Assembly: GCA_910595855.1 (NCBI GenBank)
Contig: CAJVCJ010000021.1
Span: forward strand, 13,534-77,533
Source of the DNA: Candidatus Thioglobus vulcanius
GTDB lineage: Bacteria; Pseudomonadota; Gammaproteobacteria; PS1; Pseudothioglobaceae
Reading direction: 5' to 3'
Length of the DNA stretch: 64,000 bases
Below the pieces are notes generated by a model. The model made no database searches. It worked only from the letters and a program-made list of their open reading frames with translations, and was not told where the DNA came from. The position numbers and the translations under genes are program-made. Shown here in pieces: positions 30,901 through 41,830 of this stretch; the stretch's first letter is position 1, and every line of letters starts with the position of its first letter.

Positions 30901-32934
30901 CTAACTTAAATAAGAAACATCTGCTACTGATAAGAATAAAGACCTTACCCAGTTGATAAGACTCAAGCGAGCCTGCTTGAGTTGCTTGTCATCGGCATTA
31001 ACCATCACTTCATCAAAAAAGGTGTCGATACTCACCTTTAGCGAGATTAGCTGTTGCATGTTATCAATGTAATTTGTTGATTTAGCGAGCTTAGATGCCA
31101 CCAATCCAGTTGCTTCAAATAATGCTTTTTCAGCTGATTCTATTAAAATTGACTGATCAACCTCAATAGACAACCCTTGATGATCCTTAAGCATATTTGC
31201 AATACGCTTGTTCGCTTCAATTAAACTTGCTGATGCCTCGTTCTTAGTAAAGATATCTAGTGCTTCTACACGTAGGTGAAAATCAAATGGCGATTCTGGC
31301 TTAACGGCTAATACCGCTTCAAACGCCTTGGCACTTAATTTTTGCTCTTTATAGTAAGCACGCAAACGATCCATCATAAACTTATAAATAGCAGGTGCGC
31401 ATTCACTATCCACATCATCTGAATGGGCGGCTAGTGACGCCGAAATTAATGCTTTAAGATTAAGCTCAAGCTTACTTTCCACCATGATGCGTAATAATCC
31501 AAGTGCCATTCTACGTAAAGCATATGGGTCTTTAGATCCTGTAGGACCTTGACCAATGCCGTAGATGCCTGTAATTGTGTCTAATTTATCAGCAATGGCA
31601 ACAACCAATCCTTCTTCAGTAGATGGCAATGTATCGCCTGCAAATCTAGGGTGGTAATGCTCACTAATAGCAGTTGCCACAGCAGGATTTTCACCATCAT
31701 TTAATGCATAATAACCACCCATAACACCTTGCAAATCTGCAAACTCGCCAACCATTTCAGTAACTAAATCTGTTTTACAAAGTAGTCCTGCGCGCTTTGA
31801 ATCTTGCTTATTAGCGCCCATCATCACAGCAATTGAACCTGACAACTCTTCGATGCGCTTTGCTTTATCGCCCATTGATCCTAATGACTTCATGAACAAA
31901 ACTCGCTCAAGGTTTTGTAAACGTGACTCTAGTGTTTGACTCTTATCTTGATCCCAGAAAAATTCTGAATCGGCCAATCTAGGGCGAATAACACGCTCAT
32001 TGCCGTCAATAATGACAGAAATATCACTAGACTCAATATTGGCAACAGAAATAAAGCTTGGTAGTAATTTTCCATTTGAATCAAGCATATGGAAATATTT
32101 TTGATGAGATTTCATTGCTGAGATTAGCGCCTCTTCAGGCACTACCAAAAATGACTCATTAAAGCCACCAGAGAAAGCACACGGATATTCTACCAATGCA
32201 CAGACTTCACTTAAAAGCGCCTCATCGATCACAGCCACTGCGTTATTATCATTGGCAACTTGTATGACTTGCTGACGAACAATTTCTTTTCTAAGATTAA
32301 AATCAACTTCAATTTTTGACTGATCCAGTATTATTTGACGATAATTTTTCGCCTCATTAATACTAAATTCTTGCTGACCAGTAAACCTTAATCCTCGAGT
32401 TACATTGCCAGCAGCTAAGCCCATAATACTCGCCTCAACAACATCACTACCCAGTAACATCACCAACCAATGAGTAGGACGAACAAACTGCATTTCTGAA
32501 TCACCCCAGCGCATTGGTCTAGCAATTGGAATATTTTTAATAGCTGTATCTACAACTTGTTGCAATAAGCCTTTGGTTTCCAAGCCTTTTTGCTCTTTAC
32601 TAAAAAAGTAATAATCTGACTTGCCAAAAGGTTTTTGCTGCAGATCAGATTTTGATACACCACATGATTTAGCAAAACCATCGACCGCTTGATCAGGTGC
32701 ACTAACCGATGGACCCTTGCGCTCAATAATTTGATCTTCTTGTTGTAATTCTAAATCGTGTACTAACACTGCCAAACGACGTGGCGTGGCAAATGACTCA
32801 ACCGCTGAAAAATTCAGCTTCAAACTGTTTAATTCATTAACGATATTATCTGTCAATGCTTTTGAAAGCTTAGGTAATAACTTAGGTGGCAGCTCTTCAG
32901 TGCCTAGCTCTAATAAAAAATCTTGTGTTTTCAT
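30901..32934 (-). CDS. glyS: Glycine--tRNA ligase beta subunit
   Basis: [18 protein letters not shown] matches the GlyS N-terminus. The track start at 32943 is TTG, and ATG at 32934 is preferred. Confidence 0.92.
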   Translation of the reverse strand: MKTQDFLLELGTEELPPKLLPKLSKALTDNIVNELNSLKLNFSAVESFATPRRLAVLVHDLELQQEDQIIERKGPSVSAPDQAVDGFAKSCGVSKSDLQQKPFGKSDYYFFSKEQKGLETKGLLQQVVDTAIKNIPIARPMRWGDSEMQFVRPTHWLVMLLGSDVVEASIMGLAAGNVTRGLRFTGQQEFSINEAKNYRQIILDQSKIEVDFNLRKEIVRQQVIQVANDNNAVAVIDEALLSEVCALVEYPCAFSGGFNESFLVVPEEALISAMKSHQKYFHMLDSNGKLLPSFISVANIESSDISVIIDGNERVIRPRLADSEFFWDQDKSQTLESRLQNLERVLFMKSLGSMGDKAKRIEELSGSIAVMMGANKQDSKRAGLLCKTDLVTEMVGEFADLQGVMGGYYALNDGENPAVATAISEHYHPRFAGDTLPSTEEGLVVAIADKLDTITGIYGIGQGPTGSKDPYALRRMALGLLRIMVESKLELNLKALISASLAAHSDDVDSECAPAIYKFMMDRLRAYYKEQKLSAKAFEAVLAVKPESPFDFHLRVEALDIFTKNEASASLIEANKRIANMLKDHQGLSIEVDQSILIESAEKALFEATGLVASKLAKSTNYIDNMQQLISLKVSIDTFFDEVMVNADDKQLKQARLSLINWVRSLFLSVADVSYLS

Positions 32935-32945
32935 AATAGTCAATA

Positions 32946-33659
32946 TTAAATAATCTGGAATCGAAGCTGGCCATTAACCAAATCGATCATAATGGAACGA
33001 GCGTAAAGTTTGGTTGGAACCACATCGAATTTTTTGTATACACCTGCAATAGATACCAACTCTGCATTAAATGATTGCACAAAAATCGTGGCCTTTTCAT
33101 CACCCTGAATACCGGCAAATAAATTACCCTGAACCTCTTTGTAAGCTGAAATTGATCCGTAAGACATAATATCAGCACCAGACTTTACCTTTGATAATAA
33201 AACCAAGTCTCTATCATGTGCAATCACTTGTTGGAATGAATACACTTTGTTAGTGATAATTTTTGGAGCCTGATAAATCTTATCTTGATGTGGGTTTGGC
33301 ACTTCAGCTTCAGGCTGCTCAATTTCTTGAGTTTTAATTTTATTTTTTTTGCTCGGTGATAATGATTTCCCGAATACTGCTAAACCTGAAAATTTTGCAA
33401 AATCAATTAACTCTTGTTTTTGTGAGCGAATACCCACGGCAACCATTTCATTTTGCGATAATATTTCAATTAATACAGCTAGTTCATTAGCCTGGAAATT
33501 ACGACTTTCAATTTCCAAGATAACAGGCGCATGCTGAAATTGAGCTTTGTTGTTTTTAGCAAGCGAGTTGATCTCGTCTACCAGTGCATCAGTATTATTG
33601 GACAGAACTCTTAACGTATATAAAGCTTCGGTTTGAGTAATGACTTCAATTTTACTCAA
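32946..33659 (-). CDS. minC: Septum site-determining protein MinC (orphan: no minD/minE adjacent)
   Basis: [10 protein letters not shown] and the C-terminal [19 protein letters not shown] parallel E. coli MinC ([25 protein letters not shown]). TTG at 33659 forms a TTGA overlap with the upstream stop. A longer TTG start at 33680 is also open. Confidence 0.8.
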   Translation of the reverse strand: MSKIEVITQTEALYTLRVLSNNTDALVDEINSLAKNNKAQFQHAPVILEIESRNFQANELAVLIEILSQNEMVAVGIRSQKQELIDFAKFSGLAVFGKSLSPSKKNKIKTQEIEQPEAEVPNPHQDKIYQAPKIITNKVYSFQQVIAHDRDLVLLSKVKSGADIMSYGSISAYKEVQGNLFAGIQGDEKATIFVQSFNAELVSIAGVYKKFDVVPTKLYARSIMIDLVNGQLRFQII

Positions 33660-34075
33660 CTGCGCCAGCCTTGTGTGCAATCAAGAAAATGCCACACACG
33701 ATTCATACCTGAATCACCGCTCAGCATAAGTTCCAAAGGGGTTTTGTGTTTGAATTTTTTTACACTGCGCTTTAACCAAACACTTGCATATTCTTTATTG
33801 GTAGGGAATGTTGTGCCCAATGACTCATCAATACCCAAGATCATTTTTGTGCGCTTCACCATATCATTAGTGAAATCAAACGCCTTATCGCCACGACGAT
33901 ACATGTACAAATGTCTTGGCTTTAGAATATCTTCAAGACTAAGAATGCATAATTGATCGGCATCTTCTAGTTTCCAATTTTCTAGAATTTGACAAAGCTG
34001 AAAGGTTAACTTATTTTTTTCGTCTTCGCTTAGATCAATACTGATTTCTTTACTGTTAGTTATACTTGCTGACAT
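33656..34075 (-). CDS. DUF2384-like protein (Xre/MbcA/ParS antitoxin C-terminal-domain family)
   Basis: 139 aa. C-terminal WLKRSVKKFKHKTPLELMLSGDSGMNRVWHFLD fits the W-L..p...L.g.tPlell.t..G...v...L pattern of that domain (recalled, not searched). The ATG overlaps the tolA TAA (TAATG). Confidence 0.6.
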   Translation of the reverse strand: MSASITNSKEISIDLSEDEKNKLTFQLCQILENWKLEDADQLCILSLEDILKPRHLYMYRRGDKAFDFTNDMVKRTKMILGIDESLGTTFPTNKEYASVWLKRSVKKFKHKTPLELMLSGDSGMNRVWHFLDCTQGWRS

Positions 34076-35025
34076 TAATTTACCCTAAAGTGGAATAATA
34101 TTTCACGATCAAACACGCTTTTGTCTGGCGCATGAGGTAGTGGCGAGGCCTTATAAACTGCGCGCTCAATGGCATTTTTAAATGCCCTTTCTTTTGCATT
34201 GTTGTTAATGTTACAAGACTGCAATTTAACACTTTGCACATTACCTTTTAGATCTTGAAGAATGTAAACGTCACACCCCCAATTATCTTTCGCACCTTGG
34301 TAGCGCCATTTTTCTTTTACTCTTGAAGCAATTTGATTAATGTAATTTGCCTTTAGCTCATTCAAAATATCTTCTTGAGCAATTTCACGTTCTTGATCTT
34401 CTTCTGCTTGAATCTCTTTCTTTAGAGAACGATTATCTTGTTCTTTTTCAAACTTATTAGATTCAACTTGGCGTAGTTTTTCAATATCTTGTTTCTTTTT
34501 CTCAGCAACCTTAGCTTTTTTCTCAGCTTCTTTGGCTTTCTTTTCAGCTAGGTTTTTCTTTTTGATGGCTTCTTTGGTTTTCTTCTCAGCGATTTTCTTT
34601 TTATTTATTGCTTGCTGGATTTTTTGCTCAGCCTTTTTTCTGCTTTTTTCTGCTTTTATCTTGGCTTGCTTTTCTTTTTTAACATTGGCCTTTAATTTTT
34701 TAAGACGCTGTTGCTCTTTATAGCGCTCATTTTCAACGCGTTTTTCTGCAAGCTTGAGTTCAGCTAAACGCTTTTCACGTTTTTGCTTAATGTTAATTAA
34801 ACGTTGCTTTTCTTTCTTGATTTCAGTTAAATCAATGGTGACTGCTTTTGGCACTGCAGTGTTTGAAGATTTTGCAGCTTGCTTTGGAATATCCCAACGC
34901 TGAACGTTAGTAAATACTAAACCAATCACTAGTGCGACATGCAATGCGATCGCCGTCCAGAATGCAAAAGGATGTTTTTTTGCAATCTTTGGTAGCTTTA
35001 ACTTTTTAATTAAATCAGTTTTCAT
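34075..35025 (-). CDS. tolA: Tol-Pal system protein TolA
   Basis: 316 aa. N-terminal TM, long Lys/Glu/Ala-rich helix (KKAKEAEKKAKVAEKKK) and a C-terminal globular domain. Follows tolQ-tolR. Confidence 0.88.
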   Translation of the reverse strand: MKTDLIKKLKLPKIAKKHPFAFWTAIALHVALVIGLVFTNVQRWDIPKQAAKSSNTAVPKAVTIDLTEIKKEKQRLINIKQKREKRLAELKLAEKRVENERYKEQQRLKKLKANVKKEKQAKIKAEKSRKKAEQKIQQAINKKKIAEKKTKEAIKKKNLAEKKAKEAEKKAKVAEKKKQDIEKLRQVESNKFEKEQDNRSLKKEIQAEEDQEREIAQEDILNELKANYINQIASRVKEKWRYQGAKDNWGCDVYILQDLKGNVQSVKLQSCNINNNAKERAFKNAIERAVYKASPLPHAPDKSVFDREILFHFRVN

Positions 35026-35477
35026 TAGTTTTCTAAGGCTGATTCAGTAACAATACCAACTTTATCCACACCTTGCTTTTGCAAAAATGACATAAGCGAG
35101 ACAACAGAGCCATAAGCAACATTAGCATCACCTCGTACAAATACTTTCATACTTGGGTAGATTTCTAAACGAGCACTTACGCGTCCGGCAATAATGCCCA
35201 ATGGTAATTTTTCACCCTGGGCGATATCAGAATTATCCTCATTAAGTGAATTAATGAAATATTCACCATCTTTATTGATGGTGATAATAGTTGGTTGTTG
35301 CTCAGTAAAATCAACCATTTTGGCATCGGCAGTAGGTAAATCTACTTCGATCCCTTGTTCAATGATTGGCGTTGTCATCATAAAGATAACCAGTAACACC
35401 AGCATGACATCAATATACGGCACAATGTTAATGCTTGCATCAACACTAGGCCTATGACGTTGTGGTAATTCAATCAT
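35025..35477 (-). CDS. tolR: Tol-Pal system protein TolR (ExbD family)
   Basis: 150 aa. INIVPYIDVMLVLLVIFM. Confidence 0.9.
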   Translation of the reverse strand: MIELPQRHRPSVDASINIVPYIDVMLVLLVIFMMTTPIIEQGIEVDLPTADAKMVDFTEQQPTIITINKDGEYFINSLNEDNSDIAQGEKLPLGIIAGRVSARLEIYPSMKVFVRGDANVAYGSVVSLMSFLQKQGVDKVGIVTESALEN

Positions 35478-35486
35478 AATTCGAGC

Positions 35487-36155
35487 TTACTTTTGTCTTT
35501 GGAAAGTAACAAATAATTCCTCTACGAAAGAGGTGTACTTGTTATTAATTTCACCCACTTGAGTGATTAATCGATTGTAAGCGATAGTTGCAGGAATAGC
35601 CGCAAACAAACCAAAAGCAGTTGCAATCAACGCTTCGGCAATACCGGGTGCTACAATTGAAATTGTTGCCTGCTTAACAGAAGCTAGACCAATGAAAGAA
35701 TGCATGATTCCCCATACCGTTCCAAATAAGCCAATATAAGGGCTTGATGAAGCGATCATTGCTAGTATGCTTAAGCCATGGTCCAAACGATCAACCTCAT
35801 TATTAACTGCTGTATTCATTGAGCGATAAGCTCGTTCAGAATTCATAACCAAAGCTTGATTTGAAGCAGAAGTTGTATGGGAAAACTCACCATAACCAGC
35901 ACCAAAAATATGTTCCATCGCTGTGCGATTAGATACTTGATTAGGAATTTGACCGTGCAATAAGGCCAAATCAGCATCTGCTAAAAAGTTATTGTGAAAA
36001 ACTTTAATATCTTTATCAGCATCCATAAGTGACTTCTTCTTTGACATGATAATCGTCCAAGAATAAATACTCATTAATACCAAGATAAACATAACCACTT
36101 GCACAACGAAGCCAGCGCTGATAATTAGGCTTAAAATTGATAAACTATTGTCCAT
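35487..36155 (-). CDS. tolQ: Tol-Pal system protein TolQ (MotA/ExbB family)
   Basis: 222 aa. SSPYIGLFGTVWGIM, APGIAEALIATAFGLF. Confidence 0.92.
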   Translation of the reverse strand: MDNSLSILSLIISAGFVVQVVMFILVLMSIYSWTIIMSKKKSLMDADKDIKVFHNNFLADADLALLHGQIPNQVSNRTAMEHIFGAGYGEFSHTTSASNQALVMNSERAYRSMNTAVNNEVDRLDHGLSILAMIASSSPYIGLFGTVWGIMHSFIGLASVKQATISIVAPGIAEALIATAFGLFAAIPATIAYNRLITQVGEINNKYTSFVEELFVTFQRQK

Positions 36156-36546
36156 TTATTTTCTCCAGAATGTTGCTGGGAATGGCGCTAGGTTTAAAAC
36201 TTTGCGCATTCAAACAAGCAACGGTAATTTGTGCCTCAAATAATACCTTATTTTGTTTAAGATCCTTGATTTTCTGCGAAAAAATCAAGCTGGCATGTCG
36301 AGTTTTTTCTATCTCGGTACTAACACTAAGTAAATCATTAAAACGAGCGGGTGATAAGTAATCTGCCTGAATTGATTTCACTGCAAAAATAATGTTTTTT
36401 TGAACTATTAATTGATCTTGTTCAAAGCCCATTTCCCGCAAAAATTCACTGCGCCCACGTTCGATAAATTTTAGATAATTTGCATAATAAACCACACCAC
36501 CACTATCGGTATCTTCGTAATAAATTCTTACTTGTAAATCACTCAT
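36145..36546 (-). CDS. ybgC: Tol-Pal-associated acyl-CoA thioesterase
   Basis: [27 protein letters not shown], a hotdog-fold 4HBT motif. ATG 36546 overlaps the ruvB end by 8 nt. The track start at 36582 is less likely. Confidence 0.88.
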   Translation of the reverse strand: MSDLQVRIYYEDTDSGGVVYYANYLKFIERGRSEFLREMGFEQDQLIVQKNIIFAVKSIQADYLSPARFNDLLSVSTEIEKTRHASLIFSQKIKDLKQNKVLFEAQITVACLNAQSFKPSAIPSNILEKINGQ

Positions 36547-37567
36547 TAAATAAGCCTTGACGGCTAGAAGGCGTTGACACACCTAAATGCTCATAAGCTA
36601 GATTAGTGGCACTTCGCCCTCTAGGGGTGCGATGTATAAATCCTTGTTGAATTAAATAAGGCTCAACCATATCTTCTAGTGTGCCACGTTCTTCACCAAT
36701 AGCAGTGGCTAACGTATCCAATCCAACAGGCCCACCTGAGAACTTATGAATCATAATGGATAAATAATCTCGATCAAGCTGCTCCAATCCTAATTCATCG
36801 ACTTTTAAAATACCTAGCGCTTCGTTGGCAATTTTCTGATGAATAATGCCATCTGTTTTGACATCGGCAAAATCTCTAACACGGCGTAACAATCTATTTG
36901 CAATTCTTGGTGTGCCACGCGAACGTCTAGCGACCTCATATGCGCCGCTTGATTCAATTTCAATATTTAAGATTCTGGCTGATCGCTCAACAATAACTTG
37001 CAAATCTTTATTGTTATAGAATTCTAAACGCTGAACAATGCCGAAACGATCACGTAAAGGTGAGGTTAGCATGCCAGCACGTGTGGTTGCACCAATTAAT
37101 GTAAAGGGTGGTAGGTCAAGTTGCACCGAATGCGCAGCCACCCCCTCTCCCACCATAATGTCTAACTTAAAATCCTCCAAAGCTGGATAGAGAATCTCTT
37201 CAACCACAGGATTTAGACGATGAATTTCATCAATAAATAAAACATCATAAGGCTCTAATTTCGTCAAAATTGCTGCTAAATCACCAGAACGTTCTAAAAC
37301 TGGGCCAGATGTTTGTTTAAACCCTGCACCCATTTGATTTGAAATAACATTGGCCAATGTAGTTTTTCCAAGCCCAGGAGGGCCATAAATCAAACAATGA
37401 TCAAGCGCATCTCCGCGCTTTTTAGCTGCCTCAATAAAAAGTGCCATTTGAGATTTGACATCATCCTGTCCAATATACTCAGACAAGCAATCTGGACGTA
37501 CAGAAGTCATAACGATATCTTCGCTACCTTGGTCTGCTCCACCTACTAAAGAATCTTCTTCTATCAT
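36539..37567 (-). CDS. ruvB: Holliday junction branch migration ATPase
   Basis: 342 aa. [25 protein letters not shown]. Confidence 0.97.
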   Translation of the reverse strand: MIEEDSLVGGADQGSEDIVMTSVRPDCLSEYIGQDDVKSQMALFIEAAKKRGDALDHCLIYGPPGLGKTTLANVISNQMGAGFKQTSGPVLERSGDLAAILTKLEPYDVLFIDEIHRLNPVVEEILYPALEDFKLDIMVGEGVAAHSVQLDLPPFTLIGATTRAGMLTSPLRDRFGIVQRLEFYNNKDLQVIVERSARILNIEIESSGAYEVARRSRGTPRIANRLLRRVRDFADVKTDGIIHQKIANEALGILKVDELGLEQLDRDYLSIMIHKFSGGPVGLDTLATAIGEERGTLEDMVEPYLIQQGFIHRTPRGRSATNLAYEHLGVSTPSSRQGLFNE

Positions 37568-37607
37568 GTTGATTTAATGAGTTTTTCAATCATTTTAACG
37601 TGAGACC

Positions 37608-38123
37608 TCAATCCAAAGTGGGCAAAATTTTCTGGAACAATAGTTTGATTTTAATAGCTTGAGTTGAATGCTTTAATTTCGCCACTTTGGCAACACTAAC
37701 ACCTTGATATGATCCAAATTTAGTGATAGTTAATTGCCACTCCTCCTCTGTATTTAAACGATGTTTAAATACAATATTACCCAGGTTTTTGACTGGAAAA
37801 TACCAGCCAAATTCTTTAATCATTAGTTGTTTTAAATCTTGTGATGATTGATGTCCATTAATATACAACCCATCATTATTTGAAACAATATCAACCTGCC
37901 CTAAGCCTAGCATGCCAGTTAAAGTTAGGTTAAATTCCTGCTCTTTAAATTTAATATTAAAGCCAAAATTTTGAACATTATCAAGTGATACAATACCAAG
38001 CCTACCTTTGAGTTGCCACTGACTAGGGGTGTCACCTGAAAGTATGGCTTTCTGAGGTTGTACTGACAGTGTTGAACAACCTTGTAATAGCAACAAAATA
38101 AAGAATGTTAGAAGTAATTTCAT
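37608..38123 (-). CDS. lolB: Outer-membrane lipoprotein receptor LolB
   Basis: Lipobox LLLQGCS after MKLLLTFFIL (start 38123; the track start is 38159). Divergent from hemA, as in enterics. Confidence 0.75.
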   Translation of the reverse strand: MKLLLTFFILLLLQGCSTLSVQPQKAILSGDTPSQWQLKGRLGIVSLDNVQNFGFNIKFKEQEFNLTLTGMLGLGQVDIVSNNDGLYINGHQSSQDLKQLMIKEFGWYFPVKNLGNIVFKHRLNTEEEWQLTITKFGSYQGVSVAKVAKLKHSTQAIKIKLLFQKILPTLD

Positions 38124-38221
38124 AAGCGAAACTATTCTAACATCCAAGGATAATAGCAAATACCTAAAAAACCGTGATTAAGGTATAATCAAGCGCTTAT
38201 TTGTCATTGTTATTTGGGTTT

Positions 38222-39472
38222 ATGTCACGCATTGCTATTTTAAGTGTTAATCATGCACAAGCGCCAGTTGCAGTTCGTGAGCGTGTGGCGTTTGCACCTA
38301 ACCTTCTAACCAACGAATTGCAAAAACTCAACACCATCGATGGTGTTGAGGCATGTGTTATTTTGTCGACATGTAATCGTTCAGAAATTTACGCTGTAAT
38401 TGAAGATAAAAACGCTGAAGAAATTCTAAGCAGCTATTTATCGCAAACACATAATATTCCCAGAGCTGAGATCGACCCTTATTTGGTTTATTTTGAAGCA
38501 GATGATGCTTTGTCACATATTTGCAATGTGGCTTGTGGACTTGATTCATTAGTATTAGGCGAACCTCAGATTTTAGGCCAATTAAAAGATGCTTATCACG
38601 CCGCCAAACTAGCTGAAACTTTAGACAAAAAATTAGAAAAGCTATTCCAACATGCTTTTTCAACAGCTAAAAAAGTTCGCACAGATACTCAAATCGGCTC
38701 ATCACCAGTCTCTATTGCTTATTGTGCTGTTAAGCTCAGTGAAAAGATCTTTACGGATTTATCAGAGCAAACAGTACTGCTGATTGGCGCTGGAGAAATG
38801 ATAGAGTTGTGTGCTCAGCACCTGAATCAAAAAGGCGTTCGCAATATGATTGTCGCTAATAGAACCGTTGAAAATGCAAAAAAAATTGCTGATCAATATG
38901 GTGCGCAATCCGTCAGTTTAAAGCAATTTTCAAGCATTATTCATGAAGCTGATATCATTATTTCATCAACTGCTGCATCGATACCTATTATCGGCAAAGG
39001 ACTGATTGAGAGTGCACTCAAGCAACGCAAGCATAAGCCAATGTTCATGCTTGATATTGCCATTCCAAGAGATATCGAACCTGAAGTTGGGCAGTTAGAT
39101 GACGCCTATCTTTACACCATTGATGATTTAGAGCAAGTGGTGAGTGATAACATCGGCTCTCGTAAAAAAGAGAAGGTTCTAGCACAAGAAATTATTATTA
39201 AACAATCTCAAGTATTTAATCAGTGGTTGTCAATTTTACCAAACGAACAACTGATTCAAAACTATCGGACCAATGTAAATCAGATTAAAAGTGATGCGGT
39301 TGAAGATGCCTTGAAGCGCCTTAAAAACGGCGGCGATAACGAACAAATTATTAAAAAATTGGCCGATCAGCTAACCAATAAAATACTTCACACCACTTTT
39401 AAAAACATCAAGCAAACTTCACTTACCGGCCTAGATCAATGTGAAGGCTGTATTCCCAATATTAAAAAATAA
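38222..39472 (+). CDS. hemA: Glutamyl-tRNA reductase
   Basis: [24 protein letters not shown], active-site [12 protein letters not shown] site IGAGEM. The track start at 38201 is TTG. Confidence 0.93.
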   Translation: MSRIAILSVNHAQAPVAVRERVAFAPNLLTNELQKLNTIDGVEACVILSTCNRSEIYAVIEDKNAEEILSSYLSQTHNIPRAEIDPYLVYFEADDALSHICNVACGLDSLVLGEPQILGQLKDAYHAAKLAETLDKKLEKLFQHAFSTAKKVRTDTQIGSSPVSIAYCAVKLSEKIFTDLSEQTVLLIGAGEMIELCAQHLNQKGVRNMIVANRTVENAKKIADQYGAQSVSLKQFSSIIHEADIIISSTAASIPIIGKGLIESALKQRKHKPMFMLDIAIPRDIEPEVGQLDDAYLYTIDDLEQVVSDNIGSRKKEKVLAQEIIIKQSQVFNQWLSILPNEQLIQNYRTNVNQIKSDAVEDALKRLKNGGDNEQIIKKLADQLTNKILHTTFKNIKQTSLTGLDQCEGCIPNIKK

Positions 39473-40563
39473 TGAATGAATCAATCCTTTCTAAATTAGA
39501 ACAAATGTCCATGCGCCTTGAAGAAGTTGGTGCCATGCTTAGTGATCCACAAGTAGCCAGTGATGCTAAGCAATTTAGAGAACTGTCTATTGAGTATTCT
39601 CAGTTAACCCCCGTTAATGATCAATACCAAGATTATCTAACGACTATGCGAAATCTTGAAGACGCCAAAATGATGCTTGAAGAAGATGATGCAGAAATTA
39701 AAGCGATGGCCAAAGAAGAAATTAATGACGCCAAGCAAAATTTAGAGCGCTTAGATATTGAACTTAAGAAATCCCTCCTACCCAAAGATCCAAATGACTC
39801 TCGTAACATTATTGTTGAAATACGCGCAGGTACTGGTGGAGATGAAGCTTCTATTTTTTCTGGCGACCTATTCAGAATGTACTCTCGCTACGCGGAAAAA
39901 CAAAAATGGCAGTTAGAAATAATGAGCTCGAATACAGGAGATCATGGCGGTTATAAAGAAATCATTGCACGCATTACCGGTACTGATGTTTATTCAAAGC
40001 TTAAATTTGAATCAGGCGCACATCGAGTTCAACGTGTGCCAGAAACTGAAAGCCAAGGGCGTGTGCATACTTCAGCTTGTACAGTTGCCGTAATGCCGGA
40101 AGTTGAAAATATTGAAGAAGTTAACATTAATATGTCCGACGTTAGGGTGGATACATTTAGAGCAAGTGGTGCTGGTGGACAGCACGTTAACAAAACTGAT
40201 TCAGCCGTACGTGTTACTCATATTCCAACTGGCACTGTGGTTGAGTGTCAAGATGGACGATCACAACACAAAAACAAAGCTCAAGCGATGTCTGTTCTAG
40301 CTTCAAGAATTCTAGATGCACAACAACAGATTCAGCACAAAGAACAAGCATCAACACGTAAAGAGTTAGTTGGTAGTGGTGATCGCTCTCAGAGAATTCG
40401 CACTTACAATTACCCGCAAGGACGTATTACCGATCATCGTATTAATCTAACTTTATACAAGTTAGCAGAAATTATGGAGGGTGATTTAGAGTCAATTATT
40501 GAGCTTTTAGTTGTTGAACAACAAACTAACCAACTAAGTGATCTAAACGACGCCTTAGCTTAG
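39472..40563 (+). CDS. prfA: Peptide chain release factor 1
   Basis: 363 aa. PET tripeptide and GGQHVN motifs. TAATG overlap with hemA. Confidence 0.97.
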   Translation: MNESILSKLEQMSMRLEEVGAMLSDPQVASDAKQFRELSIEYSQLTPVNDQYQDYLTTMRNLEDAKMMLEEDDAEIKAMAKEEINDAKQNLERLDIELKKSLLPKDPNDSRNIIVEIRAGTGGDEASIFSGDLFRMYSRYAEKQKWQLEIMSSNTGDHGGYKEIIARITGTDVYSKLKFESGAHRVQRVPETESQGRVHTSACTVAVMPEVENIEEVNINMSDVRVDTFRASGAGGQHVNKTDSAVRVTHIPTGTVVECQDGRSQHKNKAQAMSVLASRILDAQQQIQHKEQASTRKELVGSGDRSQRIRTYNYPQGRITDHRINLTLYKLAEIMEGDLESIIELLVVEQQTNQLSDLNDALA

Positions 40564-41343
40564 CCTTCTCGGTAACAGCTGAGAAGCTACAAACAACACA
40601 CCCAAAGCAATTACAATCATTGGTCCTGTGGCCAAATCATAAAAGAGTGAAGCGCTCAAGCCCATTAGTACAGCTGCTATAGATATACCAATTGACTGAA
40701 ACGCCATAGCTTTTGGTGTACGTGCAAACATCCTTGCCACCGCAGGTGGAATAATCAATAACGAAGTAATTAACAGCACGCCAACAATTTGTACAGAGAC
40801 TGACACTGTTAGTGCGATCATCAACATAAACAACAACTGATAAATCGTGCTATTAAGCCCTTGGGAAACAGCCAACTCTTCGTTAAGAGTAAGTAGCAAT
40901 AAACGCTGCCAAAATATCACTAGCAATCCAACAACAATTATTAAAATGGCATAAATCCAAATTATGTCTTGACGGGTGATTGATAAAATATCACCAAATA
41001 AAAGAGAGAAATAATCTGTATTTGAGCCGCCGACAATACTCAAGATGACAATACCTAATGATAAGGCCAAATGAGAAAATATACCCAATATAGCATCATT
41101 TGATAGAATCTTTCTTTGTTGTAAAACAACAATCAAGCTGGCAAAAATAACACCAATTACTACTAATCCAGTATGAATACCTAAACCGGTAGCCAATCCT
41201 AATGAAACACCTAGTAAGGCTGAATGAGAAATAGATTCAGAGAAATAACTCATGCGCTTCCAAATCACAAAGCAGCCAAGTGAGCCTGTAATAATAGAAA
41301 TTCCGAGTGCTGCAATCAGCGCTCTAATAATAAAATCTTCCAC
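40555..41343 (-). CDS. znuB: ABC-3 family metal (zinc-type) transporter permease
   Basis: 262 aa. [30 protein letters not shown] parallels E. coli ZnuB. No ATPase or binding-protein gene is adjacent. Confidence 0.8.
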   Translation of the reverse strand: MEDFIIRALIAALGISIITGSLGCFVIWKRMSYFSESISHSALLGVSLGLATGLGIHTGLVVIGVIFASLIVVLQQRKILSNDAILGIFSHLALSLGIVILSIVGGSNTDYFSLLFGDILSITRQDIIWIYAILIIVVGLLVIFWQRLLLLTLNEELAVSQGLNSTIYQLLFMLMIALTVSVSVQIVGVLLITSLLIIPPAVARMFARTPKAMAFQSIGISIAAVLMGLSASLFYDLATGPMIVIALGVLFVASQLLPRRLS

Positions 41344-41359
41344 AATTAGTGCTGTTTAT

Positions 41360-41767
41360 TTATTGACAATCTTCACACAGACCATAAAGGTACAAACAAT
41401 GGTCTGTTAACTGATAGCCATGTTTAGTGGCAATATCGTGTTGATGCTGCTCAATCACTTCATCGTTAAATTCATCAATCTTGCCACATTTAATACATAA
41501 CAAATGATCATGGTGTTCAGCATTCGATAATTCGTACATACTTTGACCATTATCAAAATTTAGTTTATTGATCATGCCTGCTTCTTCAAATTGAGTAAGT
41601 ACACGATAGATAGTTGCTACACCCACCTCTTCGCCTTGCATGACTAACGCACGATAAATATCCTCAGCACTCATGTGATGATTTTCACCCTTTTCTAAAA
41701 TCTCTAAAATTTTAAGTCTAGGTAGTGTCACCTTAAGACCGGCAGTTTTTAAATCTTGAGCATCCAT
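41360..41767 (-). CDS. fur: Ferric uptake regulator
   Basis: 135 aa. LKTAGLKVTLPRLKILEILE, HHMSAEDIY and HHDHLLCIKCGK closely track E. coli Fur and do not resemble Zur. Confidence 0.92.
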   Translation of the reverse strand: MDAQDLKTAGLKVTLPRLKILEILEKGENHHMSAEDIYRALVMQGEEVGVATIYRVLTQFEEAGMINKLNFDNGQSMYELSNAEHHDHLLCIKCGKIDEFNDEVIEQHQHDIATKHGYQLTDHCLYLYGLCEDCQ

Positions 41768-41830
41768 ATTCTCATCCTTGAGGTAAAATCAGATAAATAA
41801 TTCTTAATCATTTTAATCAATTAATTACAA

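Noticed and set aside
33656-34075. A complete type II toxin-antitoxin module (ParS/ParT or MbcA/MbcT type)
   Set aside because: No RES-domain or other toxin ORF is adjacent. The downstream overlapping gene is minC. Only the antitoxin-like half is supported.
34380-34760. Repetitive DNA (ttttctcagc / ttcttt motifs) that could be mistaken for a repeat array; antisense ORF 34532-34723
   Set aside because: It is the Lys/Glu/Ala-rich helical domain II of TolA. This is imperfect, in-frame coding low complexity with no spacer-repeat architecture.
38184-38189. TATAAT hexamer upstream of hemA as a promoter call
   Set aside because: There is no acceptable -35 or TGn extension at the right spacing. A lone TATAAT is expected by chance in AT-rich DNA.
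41768-41830. Possible Fur autoregulatory box (GATAAATAATTCTTAATCATT) between fur and bamE
   Set aside because: Only about half the positions match the 19-bp consensus by eye, which cannot be told apart from the AT-rich background.
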